Source: Salinispira sp.
Lineage (GTDB): Bacteria > Spirochaetota > Spirochaetia > DSM-27196 > Salinispiraceae
Direction: 5' to 3'
Length of the DNA: 64,000 bases
Assembly: GCA_965602015.1 (NCBI GenBank)
Contig: OZ271918.1
Coordinates: forward strand, 2,624,001-2,688,000
The notes below the pieces were generated by a model, which was not told where the DNA came from, ran no database searches, and saw only the letters and a program-made list of their open reading frames with translations. Below, one piece after another: positions 1 to 9,690 of the stretch. Position 1 is the first letter of the stretch; every line of letters begins with the position of its first letter. The position numbers and the translations under genes are program-made.

Positions 1-18
1 GAATACTGTAATGTTCAT
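1..18 (-). CDS. 5' end of a divergent gene running off the window (MNITVF..., possibly an NAD(P)-binding oxidoreductase)
   Basis: Minus-strand ATG at 18 preceded by AGGAG; only 6 codons visible; matching divergent promoter at 61-89. Confidence 0.45.
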
Positions 19-40
19 GTCGACTCCTGGGGTACTACTT

Positions 41-148
41 ATTTTTGTTGTGTACGCAATAATATGGTTTGAAATAGGAACCAGGTCAAGCAGATTTGAT
101 TGACCTATAGAACAAAACCACGTATATTATTGCGTACGCAACTATATT
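41..148. promoter_or_regulatory. Back-to-back sigma70-type promoters, each followed by a TTGYGTACGCAA palindromic operator
   Basis: Plus strand TTGACC(100-105)-17-TATATT(123-128); minus strand TTGACC(89-84)-17-CATATT(66-61); palindromes at 48-59 and 130-141. Confidence 0.7.
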
Positions 149-158
149 AGGAGATTGT

Positions 159-1019
159 ATGAATGATAAGTATTTCGTAACCGGGGCAACGGGAAATGTG
201 GGGGCTGAAGTTGTTTATCACCTGACGGCCAAAGGGAAGCATGTCATCGCCGCCAAGCTGGCGCACGAGACCACCACAGATCGGGAAAACCTGGAATACC
301 GCGTTTTTGACTTTACCGATGAAAAAACCTGGGAAGATTGTATGGACGGCGTGAACAAGGTGTTTCTCATGAGACCCCCGCATATCTCGAACATAAAACG
401 GGATATGTACCCCTTTTTGCGTTTTCTGGCTCAACGCGGAGTAAAACAGATAGTATTTCTATCGGTTCAGGGAGTAGAGGGCAACAAGATGGTTCCCCAC
501 TATGATGTGGAGCAGGCATGCCTTGAACTGGCGCTTCCCTACACCTTTGTGCGTCCCAGCTTTTTTATGCAGAATCTTACTACGACCCACCTTGATGAAA
601 TCAGGGATGAAAAGCAACTCATGATCCCCGCCGGCAAAGGGCGAACCAATTTTATTGATGTGAGGGATATCGGAGAAATAATGGCGAAGATGTTTTTTGA
701 CGACAGCCATATTCGCCGAGCCTACACGGTTACCGGGCAAACCAGCTTCAGCTATTCGGAGGTCGCTGCAAAACTGAGTGAAGGCCTGGGAGAAGAAATC
801 AGGTACGCGAATCCCGGGGCGTTGCGCTTTATTGGGTATCATCGTAAAAAAGGAAGAAAACTGGCGATGACCCTGGTGATGCTCGCGCTGTACACCATCG
901 TTAGGCTTGGAAAAGGGGATATCAGCACCGACACGTCAGAGCTTATTCTTGGCCGCAAGCCTCGAACTCTCGATGATTTTATCTCGGACAATAGAAACCT
1001 GCTCTTGGGGCAGGAGTGA
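159..1019 (+). CDS. NmrA-like / atypical SDR NAD(P)H-binding protein
   Basis: N-terminal VTGATGNVG Rossmann motif, RPSFFMQN, IDVRDIG; AGGAG RBS. Confidence 0.88.
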   Translation: MNDKYFVTGATGNVGAEVVYHLTAKGKHVIAAKLAHETTTDRENLEYRVFDFTDEKTWEDCMDGVNKVFLMRPPHISNIKRDMYPFLRFLAQRGVKQIVFLSVQGVEGNKMVPHYDVEQACLELALPYTFVRPSFFMQNLTTTHLDEIRDEKQLMIPAGKGRTNFIDVRDIGEIMAKMFFDDSHIRRAYTVTGQTSFSYSEVAAKLSEGLGEEIRYANPGALRFIGYHRKKGRKLAMTLVMLALYTIVRLGKGDISTDTSELILGRKPRTLDDFISDNRNLLLGQE

Positions 1020-1133
1020 TAGCCGCCTCATTTCCGCAGAGCGTGATTCGCCAGTATGTATTCTCTGTTCGTTCCGGCTGTAAACCAGCGTCCAATCGCC
1101 GTATACTGTGATACGATATAGTGGATAGCATAT

Positions 1134-1607
1134 ATGAGAGAAGAAGAAATCAGTCCGCAAGAAAACCGCATGCCTCTGCCCGGGCTCGACGACGATGACC
1201 CGGGCTTTGGCTTGTGGATTTCCATCATCAACAGAAGCGCCTTGAGCTATTTCCAGTTTTATCTTCGGGACATAAAGGTCGGTCCCGGACAACAGGCCTA
1301 CCTTTTGGCGATCCGACCCGATGAAACCATTAAGCAGGAAGAGCTGGTCAAGCGCCTTCGGGTGGACCGGGCAAACGTTACCCGGGCGCTTCAGAGCCTC
1401 GAAAAAGCCGGTCACATTACTCGCCAAAGCGATCCTGGAGATAAACGGATAAAGAACATCAGTCTGAGTAAAAAAGGCGTACAAGTACGGTCGCAGGTGC
1501 GCGAGGTAGCCAAAGGCTGGATTGAAATCCTGAAATCCAAGGTGAGCCCTGATGAGTGGGATCAGGTTCAACAGATTCTCGGTAAAATCGCCCGTGGACT
1601 GGAATGA
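1134..1607 (+). CDS. MarR family transcriptional regulator
   Basis: wHTH QEELVKRLRVDRANVTRALQSLEKAGHI and DKR wing motif. Confidence 0.9.
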   Translation: MREEEISPQENRMPLPGLDDDDPGFGLWISIINRSALSYFQFYLRDIKVGPGQQAYLLAIRPDETIKQEELVKRLRVDRANVTRALQSLEKAGHITRQSDPGDKRIKNISLSKKGVQVRSQVREVAKGWIEILKSKVSPDEWDQVQQILGKIARGLE

Positions 1608-1679
1608 CCCGGGTAGTTCCGTAAAGATAAGTCAGGCGATCGGTCAGCGAGCCTCAACAAGGGTAGTCAGGACCACAGA

Positions 1680-1703
1680 AAATCAGCTGTTTTGGGGGCA
1701 CTA
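1680..1703. repeat. Single arm of the palindromic MITE-like repeat family
   Basis: AAATCAGCTGTTTTGGGGGCAC+TA matches arms at 45032-45176 and 57482-57525. Confidence 0.8.
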
Positions 1704-1708
1704 ACTGC

Positions 1709-3805
1709 CTATGTGGTTGTGAATGAGTTGAACTGTTCCGCCAGACCCTTTGCCAGACCTTCTAATTCCTTCCCGATTTCCTTGAGCTTTTTCATTTCAT
1801 CGACAAGCACGCTTGCCTGATCATTAATATTCGCCACGCCGGTGGACACTTCCGACGACTGCTCGCGGATGGTGGTCAGGGAGTTGCTGGTCATTTCGAC
1901 GCCTTTTCGGATTTCAGCGGAACCCTGATGCACCTGATTGGTGACGTTGTTTATTTCCTGGGTGGCATCCATGATCTGCTTTCCCCCGAGCGTCAATTCT
2001 GAGACCGACTGCTCAATCTCGTTGAAGGCGTTTACCGTCGATTGAACCTCCGCAGCGATGAGCTCGAACGATGTAATCGAGCCGCTGACGCTCTTGTTTG
2101 TGTTTTCAACGGCTGATGTGACCTCACTGATGAGGTTGGAGATGGCGCTGGAGGAATTCCCCGCTGTTTCGGCGAGCTTCCGTATTTCCTCGGCGACCAC
2201 CGCGAACCCCCGGCCCGAATCCCCCGCATGAGCAGCCTCGATGGCGGCGTTCATGGAGAGCAGGTTCGTCTGGGAGGCGATGTCATTTATCGCCGTTGCC
2301 ATGTCCTGAATGCGCTGCACGTTATCCACCACGATGGAAAACTCTTTAGAGGTTTCTTCGATGCTGTTCTGGCCCTCCTCGGCGGTGGCTTTTAGCTTGA
2401 GGGTGGATTCGTACTTCGTACTGGTGATGGAACCCACATTGGACAGGGAGGCTATCATCTGATTGATGGCCGCGGTGGATTCTTCGACCATGGCCGCCTG
2501 GCTGTTTATGAGGTTGTCGAATGAAACGGTGTTTGATGAGATTTCCTCAACCGCGCTGGCGCTCTCGGATATTCCCGAGTTCATTTTCTTGAGTTGTTCT
2601 TCGATATCGCTGATACTGTCATCGATGTCCTGGGTTGAGTTGACGGCGGTACTGCTGCTTTGAGACAGTTCGCTGCTGGAATCGCCAATGGTGTGTACCG
2701 CACTTTGAATATCGATTATTAACGCCTGCAGCTTTTCGACGAAGGCATTAAAATACCCCGCAACGGTTCCGATTTCATCTTTGGAACTCAGGGATATCCG
2801 TCTGGTAAGGTCCGCATCGCCTGAGGATATTTCCTGGAGGGAATCGCCGAGCTGTCTCAGGGGCCGGATGATCCGTCGGATAATCACGACCAGGCTGGTA
2901 AACAGCACAAAAAGCGAAACCAGGGCGGTCACCAATAGGGACACGACGATGGGAGTCAGCCTGTCAAGGTAAAAGGCGGTGGGGGTGGTGGTGACCACAA
3001 GCCCGACATCGGTCTCGCGGAAACTGGCGAAGAAATCCGTGTCTCCCAGGCTGTATTCCAGGGTCCCGCTTCCCTGCTCGAGTATGTCCTGGGCATATTC
3101 AAGGTCTGAGTAGGACTCGCCCACCAGCGTACCGTCGGAATGATACAAAACCTCGAGACTTTCGGGGTCAACAATGTACGAAAATGCCCCGCCCCGGTAG
3201 GGGTAGTTGGCAATGAGGGTCTGGGGACTGCTGGTTTCTATGAGCTGCTGAAGTTCCTCGGGCCTGACGCCGATCTGAAGCAGGCCGCGCTGATTCTCAA
3301 GGGGGACTCCGATGTACTGAAAGAGCACGCCGTCTACCGCCCGGAATTGGGGTTCCTGGGCAAGCTCGAAATTTTTGTCATCGATCATTCTGAGGAAGGG
3401 CCGGGTTTGATCGTTGGTATTAAAATCAAATCCGTAAAAACCCGAGATTGACCCGGCGTACAGAATTCCGTTTTCATCGATTACGTGTATTTCATCGACC
3501 TGCACCAGTTCGGCGATGCCCTGCATAAATGCCTCATCGGGTTCCTCCGGTGGATTTTCGAAAATAAAGGCGATGCTTCGGGCGATTCTCAAATAATTGG
3601 TATTCAGGGATTGTCGGAGCACTTCTATGTCATCGGCGGATTGATCAAGCCGCGAGGTAATATCGTCGAGAATGCCGTTCATCGCCAGTTCCATCTGGGT
3701 CCGGATTTCCCGGGAAATGTTGGTGTAGGCGATAAGGCTTACCACGAAGAGGGCTGCCAAAAGAAGGATAGACACAGGCACGATTATCTTGTTCGAAATT
3801 TTCAT
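1709..3805 (-). CDS. Methyl-accepting chemotaxis protein (2 TM, periplasmic Cache-like sensor, HAMP, MA domain)
   Basis: [38 protein letters not shown] hairpin signature; HAMP DLTRRI...DEIG. Confidence 0.95.
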   Translation of the reverse strand: MKISNKIIVPVSILLLAALFVVSLIAYTNISREIRTQMELAMNGILDDITSRLDQSADDIEVLRQSLNTNYLRIARSIAFIFENPPEEPDEAFMQGIAELVQVDEIHVIDENGILYAGSISGFYGFDFNTNDQTRPFLRMIDDKNFELAQEPQFRAVDGVLFQYIGVPLENQRGLLQIGVRPEELQQLIETSSPQTLIANYPYRGGAFSYIVDPESLEVLYHSDGTLVGESYSDLEYAQDILEQGSGTLEYSLGDTDFFASFRETDVGLVVTTTPTAFYLDRLTPIVVSLLVTALVSLFVLFTSLVVIIRRIIRPLRQLGDSLQEISSGDADLTRRISLSSKDEIGTVAGYFNAFVEKLQALIIDIQSAVHTIGDSSSELSQSSSTAVNSTQDIDDSISDIEEQLKKMNSGISESASAVEEISSNTVSFDNLINSQAAMVEESTAAINQMIASLSNVGSITSTKYESTLKLKATAEEGQNSIEETSKEFSIVVDNVQRIQDMATAINDIASQTNLLSMNAAIEAAHAGDSGRGFAVVAEEIRKLAETAGNSSSAISNLISEVTSAVENTNKSVSGSITSFELIAAEVQSTVNAFNEIEQSVSELTLGGKQIMDATQEINNVTNQVHQGSAEIRKGVEMTSNSLTTIREQSSEVSTGVANINDQASVLVDEMKKLKEIGKELEGLAKGLAEQFNSFTTT

Positions 3806-3897
3806 CGGAAATGCTCCTCATATAAATATAAGGGATGCCCGACAAAAATGCCCAGAAATCAATGAGGAGCCCCGCGGCAAGACAGGCTTCTGTGCAG

Positions 3898-4419
3898 TTA
3901 GCGGCTTCGTTCCAGCCGTATGCCAACCTGACCGGCATAATTGGTTTTTGAACCTTCGATATACACCCGGATCGACTGACCGAGGGCCGAAAAGTTTGCG
4001 GCGGGTGCCCGGCTGCCGTCAGGAGTATAGCCTCCCACCGCGTCGTAGAGCGAGGTATGCTCCGCATAATCATAGTCTACCTGGGCGGGTTCGCTATCCG
4101 GGTCATAGGGCACATTGTCGGCCTGAAGTACCATAAACCAGACTGCTTCTATGGGATTCTCAACACCTGAAGCGCCGTGACGGTCGGCATTATAATCATC
4201 GACCACATACAGGGCGTAGCTGTTTCCCTGGGTAACGGAAAAATCGATGGTTAGGGTTTCTCCGGCTGACAGGTCGACCACCAGCCATTCATTAAGTGCC
4301 AGTTCTTCCTGACGTGAGCCTTGTATTGCCGAATTGATTTCTTCCATTTCGAGGGCGGAAATGCCCAGTGCCAGTATCAAAACTGCAATTAATCCGATTA
4401 CAAATCGCTTATTACTCAT
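3898..4419 (-). CDS. Secreted protein made of one copy of the domain repeated at the C-terminus of the upstream YfcC fusion
   Basis: Start MSNKRF at 4419 with GGAGG RBS; signal peptide; VDDYN, AVWF, YIEGSKTNYAGQVGIRLER motifs align by eye with the repeats in 4536-5800. Confidence 0.8.
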   Translation of the reverse strand: MSNKRFVIGLIAVLILALGISALEMEEINSAIQGSRQEELALNEWLVVDLSAGETLTIDFSVTQGNSYALYVVDDYNADRHGASGVENPIEAVWFMVLQADNVPYDPDSEPAQVDYDYAEHTSLYDAVGGYTPDGSRAPAANFSALGQSIRVYIEGSKTNYAGQVGIRLERSR

Positions 4420-4535
4420 TCTTCCTCCGTGGATACATACCTGTTCTTCCCTAATTACAGAAGGCGGACTGGACGTTAGCCCTACCCGCTCCTCCATAAT
4501 TGCGCTTCTGCCAAAAATAATTCAAGCCCTGATCA

Positions 4536-7382
4536 TCAGGGCAGACGCTCGAGACGCAGGGCAAACTGACCGCTGTATTCCTCCTTGCTTCCCTCGATAT
4601 ACAGCGTCAGGCTCGAGGAGCCGGGGATGACCCGGGCGGAGGGTTCATTATCCGTTGCGCTGTAGCCCCCGTCGGCATCGTATGCGCCTGTGTATTCCGG
4701 CTCAGCATATACATCGGCATCGAGCAGACCGTCCTCATCAAAGAGGGCGAACCACAGGGCCTGAACCGGTGTATTGAGCTCGACGGAGAGCACCTCGGCG
4801 CTGTAGGAATCGGCGACGAACAGTCCGTACTGGACGCCGGGCTCAACGGAAAACCGGTACAGCCGGGCCTGACCGGCTGCAAGTTCCGAGGCGATCCATT
4901 CTCCGGTTCGGGCCTCAACAGGCGCTCCGCCGCGGGAAGCCAGCAGCCCGGCTGCGGATATGCTGACGCCATCTGGCGCTTCGCCTGGCTCATCCCCGAA
5001 AAGCCGATAATCACCTTCAAGGAGCGCATAGGCATAGGAGCCGGCGTAGCCATCGTTGTATCCCCGTATATCAACCACGGTCACCTCGGCGCTGGCAGTA
5101 AATACCGCTGCTGGCGGGGCAATATCAACTTCATTGCCCAGGGGGGCGACCCCGGCCGCCTTGTCTTCATCGTATTGCTGGTACACCGAGCGGGGGTACG
5201 GGGTTTGACCATCGGCCTCATAGATATGGAACTGATACGCCCGCAGCACCTCGCTTTGGGGAATGACATAGGCATTCTGACGGTTATTGTACGAATCGAC
5301 CAAATACAGCCGATACGCCGTACCCGGTTCGGTGCGGAATTCAATGGTCTGCTGTTGACCGGCTTCCAGACGCCCGATGCGGAACTCGAGCGGACTGCCC
5401 TGGGGGAGCGTCGACAGGATCTTCCTGCTGGAAAAGAGGGAGGGGTCGAGGCTCCCCCTGGGTCCGGTTACTACAAGTGCCAGGGCGCCGGCGTAGCTGC
5501 TCTGGTATCCCTCGATTTCCAGGACAATGCGGTCATCTTCGGGGATTATTTGCGCCGCCGCATCGGCGGATTCCGGAGTCACCCCTCCGCCGGCCTCCTG
5601 TACCGCATAGGAATCGGAATACTCCCGGCTGCCGTCGGCGGTGAAAGCCCTGAAGACCAGGGCCCGAATGGCGTCTTCCTCGGGGAGGGTATTCTCATAA
5701 AAGCTCCGGTTATAACTGTCGACCAGAATTATTTCGTGGGGCTGCCCGGTTTCAACCGGAACGCTGATCCGCAGCCGCTCGCCGGCTTCCAGTCGGTACA
5801 CCCCGTCCAGGGAGGCGGCGGACAGTTCGCCGGGTGCCGACAGGCTCGCAGTCCCGCCGGCTTCGGTCCAGTCCGGTCCCAGCACCGCCCCCCCGAGCAC
5901 TGCGAAGACGATGGCCAGCGTGGAAAGCACAAACAGGGCGCTTTGCAGCGCAAGCTGGCTTTTTACCCAGCGCAGCCAATCCAGCCTGGCCACCGCCAGA
6001 ACCCCCATGAGGGCGGCGGATGTGGGTACGATCATATTGGTAAACCCGTCCCCCAGCTGGAAGGCCAGAACGGAAACCTGCCGGGATACTCCGGCGTACT
6101 GGGCGAGGGGCGCCATGAGCGGCATGGTGAGGGCGGCCTTTCCCGAACCCGAGGGCACGAAAAAGTTGAACGCCGCCTGAAAGAGGTACATTACCCAGGC
6201 CGACAGGACCCGGGGCAGCTGTCTGAGGCCGTTGCCCGCCCCGTATAGGATGGTATTGAGCATATTGGGCGCCGTCGGGTCGCCCGGGTCGCCTCCGAGA
6301 GTCAGAATAATCAGTATGCCCTTTGCCATGCCGACGATGAGGGCCGCGCCCAATAGATCCCTGGCGCCGGACACAAATGATTCGGCTATGACCGAAACGC
6401 TCATGCCGTTGAGCTTGAAAATTACCCCGATGACTCCGGCAAGCAATCCCATAATAAAAAACTGGGTGGCGATCTCCGGAATGTAATACTCGGCCAGGGT
6501 GACGCCCAGGGCCACCCAGATTATTCCGGCGAGGACTATCAGCAAAACCAGGGCGTGACCGGTTGTAAAGCCCTGCTCCGCACCGCCCGGGCCGGAACCC
6601 CTGTTTTGGTCGCGGAAATACGCGTCGCTTTCCCAGCTCAGCGAACTCTCGGGATCCTTCGCGATTTTACGGGCGTACCACATGGTGAAGCCCGTCCCGA
6701 GGAGGGTAAACAGGATAAAAAGCAGGACCCGGTACCCGAGACCCGAAAGCACGGGGATTCCGGCGATTCCCTGGGCGATGGCAATGGAGAACGGGTTCAT
6801 CCAGCTTGAGGCGAATCCGATCTGGGTTGCCCCGTAGGTCACCAAGACCCCGGTTATGGCGTCGTAGCCGAGGGCCACCACAATGGGTATGACGATCATG
6901 GCGAAGGGAATGGCTTCCTCCCCCATGCCGAAAGTCGCTCCTGCGAAGGAGAAGATCAAAAAGAGAACAGGGATGAAGGCAATCCGGGCTCCCCTCAGGC
7001 GTTGAATTACCCGGTGCATCGCAGCCTCAATGGCGCCGGTTTTGATGATGATGCCGAACGCGCCCCCGATCACCAAAATAAAAACCACTATTGACGCCGA
7101 GTCCACGATACCCTGAAAGACATAATTGAACAGACCGACGCCATGATACGCGCCAAAAAGGGGCACTCCCCGGGTCTGCGGTCGGCCCCCGGCGCCGGAG
7201 AGAAACTCGAAGCTGTCGGGGTCGATGCTCACCCTCTCGTCCAGCTCCATGCGCTGAGGGTCCCACACATAGTTTTCTAGGACGTCGAATTTGCCCACCG
7301 GCACGATGTAGGTGAGAATCCACGCGGCAAGCACGACGAAAAAAATAACCACAAAGGTGTTCAGTGTTTTAGCCTGTTTCAT
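4536..7382 (-). CDS. yfcC: YfcC/DcuC(ArcD)-family transporter fused to three tandem extracytoplasmic domains
   Basis: N-terminal ~500 aa polytopic with GATFGMGEEAIPF, GFASSWMNPF, FFVPSGSGKAALTMP, AFQLGDGFTN motifs; hydrophilic repeated C-terminal ~440 aa in the same frame. Confidence 0.88.
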   Translation of the reverse strand: MKQAKTLNTFVVIFFVVLAAWILTYIVPVGKFDVLENYVWDPQRMELDERVSIDPDSFEFLSGAGGRPQTRGVPLFGAYHGVGLFNYVFQGIVDSASIVVFILVIGGAFGIIIKTGAIEAAMHRVIQRLRGARIAFIPVLFLIFSFAGATFGMGEEAIPFAMIVIPIVVALGYDAITGVLVTYGATQIGFASSWMNPFSIAIAQGIAGIPVLSGLGYRVLLFILFTLLGTGFTMWYARKIAKDPESSLSWESDAYFRDQNRGSGPGGAEQGFTTGHALVLLIVLAGIIWVALGVTLAEYYIPEIATQFFIMGLLAGVIGVIFKLNGMSVSVIAESFVSGARDLLGAALIVGMAKGILIILTLGGDPGDPTAPNMLNTILYGAGNGLRQLPRVLSAWVMYLFQAAFNFFVPSGSGKAALTMPLMAPLAQYAGVSRQVSVLAFQLGDGFTNMIVPTSAALMGVLAVARLDWLRWVKSQLALQSALFVLSTLAIVFAVLGGAVLGPDWTEAGGTASLSAPGELSAASLDGVYRLEAGERLRISVPVETGQPHEIILVDSYNRSFYENTLPEEDAIRALVFRAFTADGSREYSDSYAVQEAGGGVTPESADAAAQIIPEDDRIVLEIEGYQSSYAGALALVVTGPRGSLDPSLFSSRKILSTLPQGSPLEFRIGRLEAGQQQTIEFRTEPGTAYRLYLVDSYNNRQNAYVIPQSEVLRAYQFHIYEADGQTPYPRSVYQQYDEDKAAGVAPLGNEVDIAPPAAVFTASAEVTVVDIRGYNDGYAGSYAYALLEGDYRLFGDEPGEAPDGVSISAAGLLASRGGAPVEARTGEWIASELAAGQARLYRFSVEPGVQYGLFVADSYSAEVLSVELNTPVQALWFALFDEDGLLDADVYAEPEYTGAYDADGGYSATDNEPSARVIPGSSSLTLYIEGSKEEYSGQFALRLERLP

Positions 7383-7383
7383 C

Positions 7384-8871
7384 TCAATCCTCCGAAGCCA
7401 CGCTGACGTTCACCGGCTCGATATCCAGATACACATGAAAGGCGGAGAAATGAGCCCGTCCGGAAAAAACCTTGCGGCCCCAAAAGCCGTTGCTGTCAGG
7501 GCCCTTATAGAATCTCAGCATAACTCCGTCTCCCGGCTCGACGCCCCTCAGGAGATTGCGGTCGTCGAATGCGAAACCGAAGTTTTCATCGGCTTCGTTG
7601 TCCAATAAATCCTGAATCATGTGGTACGTCAGGGCATCAGGAGCGAAAACATTACCATTGACCGGTGGCTCGAGGGCGGAGAACTCGTCTCCCCGAAGGG
7701 AATTCTCTTTGTAGTCCGCAAAATAGAACTGGTATTCCCGGTAATCGAAGCGGTCTTTCTCCTCGATATACGAAAGGCGGATTCCCGTGGCCCGCATGGG
7801 CGCCAGTTGTTCGAATTGGGCGGCGCGCAAATCGATAATGACCGCCCCGCGCTCACCGACCACTTCAACGCTGCCGTCTTTGACGATGAGGGCGGTGTTT
7901 TCGTCAATGCCGACCCCGAGCTCTATGCCCCTGTCGGCCATTGCGGCAATTAAGCGGCCGAAACGCCCCCGCTTCAAAAAATGCTGGTCGGCCATAACCT
8001 CCGGCCAAAAGCCCAGCCCCTTGGTGAGAAACACCCGGTCATCCCGGTCATCGTAGTAGGGGTCGTCATCGGTGGCGCCCTGCAGCAGGGCTCCAAGGCT
8101 CGATCCGCCGTCGATCATGGGGTCGGACATGATCGCCGCGCCGGCGCTGGTTCCGCCGATGACTGCTCCGTCACGGTAAAGCCGGCGGATCTCTTCCAGT
8201 ACCGGGCCGTCGCTCCAGCTCCCCGAATCATCCTGAACCATCAACAGGTCGCGGATTCGGCCCTGCCACCCCCCGGTGAACCAGATGCCGGTCACCCCCC
8301 GAAGGGCGGAGATGATTTCATCGGAACCCATGACCCCCTGCTCGCGCTTCAGAGCTCTGGCGGCCCGAACGAGCTCCCGCTCCCGTGCTTCGCCTCCGCC
8401 GCTCTTGGAAAGTTCCTCCGTGAGTATGCTGAGCACTTCGTCGGAGGCACTCTTTCCCCCGTAGCGCCAGTAGGATTCGTCGAGTTCAAGGGTTTGAATG
8501 TCATCCCGGTCGGCAATAGGAAGAACGATGATCCTCTGCTCAGGTACGCCGTAACGGGAGAAAATCCCCCGGTAGTACGAAGCCGACTGAGCAGGGGTTC
8601 CGCTGGCTCCGGGGAATATCGCGATTCGGGCGTGAACCGGCCCTCCGGCCAGCTCTATGAATTCGGTAAACAACGCCGAGTTGTCCGCCTCTACCGCCCC
8701 GCCGGCGATTACCAGACTTCCCAAAGGTGACCCGTCAACCGGAGCATGCCGGGGCCCGGAACAGGCGGGCAGTATAATAGAAGCCAGAACAACAGAAGCC
8801 AGAACAAACACTATTGCAGGGGAAAGCGGGCCGGTTCTCTGCCGCAGCGGGTTAGCTGGATTGGCAAACAT
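7384..8871 (-). CDS. Cyanophycinase (peptidase S51), predicted lipoprotein / exported CphE-like
   Basis: LVIAGGA, FTGG.Q, nucleophile GTSAGA, DQHF..RGRFGRL, GIDENTA; hydrophobic signal ending LPAC. Confidence 0.9.
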   Translation of the reverse strand: MFANPANPLRQRTGPLSPAIVFVLASVVLASIILPACSGPRHAPVDGSPLGSLVIAGGAVEADNSALFTEFIELAGGPVHARIAIFPGASGTPAQSASYYRGIFSRYGVPEQRIIVLPIADRDDIQTLELDESYWRYGGKSASDEVLSILTEELSKSGGGEARERELVRAARALKREQGVMGSDEIISALRGVTGIWFTGGWQGRIRDLLMVQDDSGSWSDGPVLEEIRRLYRDGAVIGGTSAGAAIMSDPMIDGGSSLGALLQGATDDDPYYDDRDDRVFLTKGLGFWPEVMADQHFLKRGRFGRLIAAMADRGIELGVGIDENTALIVKDGSVEVVGERGAVIIDLRAAQFEQLAPMRATGIRLSYIEEKDRFDYREYQFYFADYKENSLRGDEFSALEPPVNGNVFAPDALTYHMIQDLLDNEADENFGFAFDDRNLLRGVEPGDGVMLRFYKGPDSNGFWGRKVFSGRAHFSAFHVYLDIEPVNVSVASED

Positions 8872-9150
8872 GTAACACCTCCGGATTTTTCTCTGTAGTA
8901 TACACGCGCGGGGCTGCTAGCCCGCAATTATTACGACTATAGTAGTAGTAACCATAATATCCTGACGACCGCCCAGGGGCAAGGGCGGGTGACAGGGTGA
9001 AATTCACTCTATTTCCGAGACCCGGGGTATTGCCCGATTTCATGTATTATAGTAATCCTATGCACCGGCATTGTTCGACAGCGATTGCACTCCAAAGCCG
9101 GTAAATCTTTACAAAGGGGTCAATTACCATTTTGCCCCGCGAGGTGTCCT

Positions 9151-9690
9151 GTGGAACCAGCGATCATCGTCGTCCTCACCATTATCCTGGTGCTTTCCGT
9201 TAAAACCGGCATGGACGTTCTCTTCCTTGCGAAAATCGACGCATTCAACCGGGGTAATCGACTCTATTACATAATGGTCAGTTTTGTAGAAACCGCATTC
9301 GGTATCTTCGGCCTGTCCCTGGTCCTTCAAAAAGTCAGCAGCAATTACCTGTACATTTTTGCCTATGCCTTCGGCGCAGTTGCCGGCGGACTGATCAGCT
9401 CCAAAATAAAGGCCAAGCTCGATGACCGGCTTGATGGTCAGCGGAAGTTCTTTGCCAGAATAACCCTCGAGGAACACATCGATGAGGAAGATCTGGTGGA
9501 AAAGCTCAGAGAAGGTAATTTTGATTTTGTGGTGAAAAAGGAGCATTACCTCACCGGTCAGACCCGAACGGTTATCCAGGGGAGCCTGGATGACAGAAAG
9601 CGGATGTGGCAGTTGAAGGATATTCTGCGCGGCCGACCGGGCAAGCATCTGGTAATCCTGCGCGCCGAGGACATTTACTTCCTGCACTAA
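9151..9690 (+). CDS. DUF5698/DUF2179 (YebE-like) membrane protein
   Basis: GTG start after GAGG; three hydrophobic segments with SFVE and AYAFG motifs, then a small soluble domain. Confidence 0.65.
   Translation: MEPAIIVVLTIILVLSVKTGMDVLFLAKIDAFNRGNRLYYIMVSFVETAFGIFGLSLVLQKVSSNYLYIFAYAFGAVAGGLISSKIKAKLDDRLDGQRKFFARITLEEHIDEEDLVEKLREGNFDFVVKKEHYLTGQTRTVIQGSLDDRKRMWQLKDILRGRPGKHLVILRAEDIYFLH

Noticed and set aside
1613..1679. Left arm of a full MITE matching the arm at 1680-1703
   Set aside because: Only TAGT matches at about 1614; the rest does not align, so it is recorded as a lone arm
5175..8730. Long antisense ORFs (5175-6248, 7981-8730; likewise 16010-17110, 26534-27529, 43548-44717, 51858-53108)
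   Set aside because: Shadow frames typical of GC-rich coding DNA, opposite well-supported genes, with no motifs
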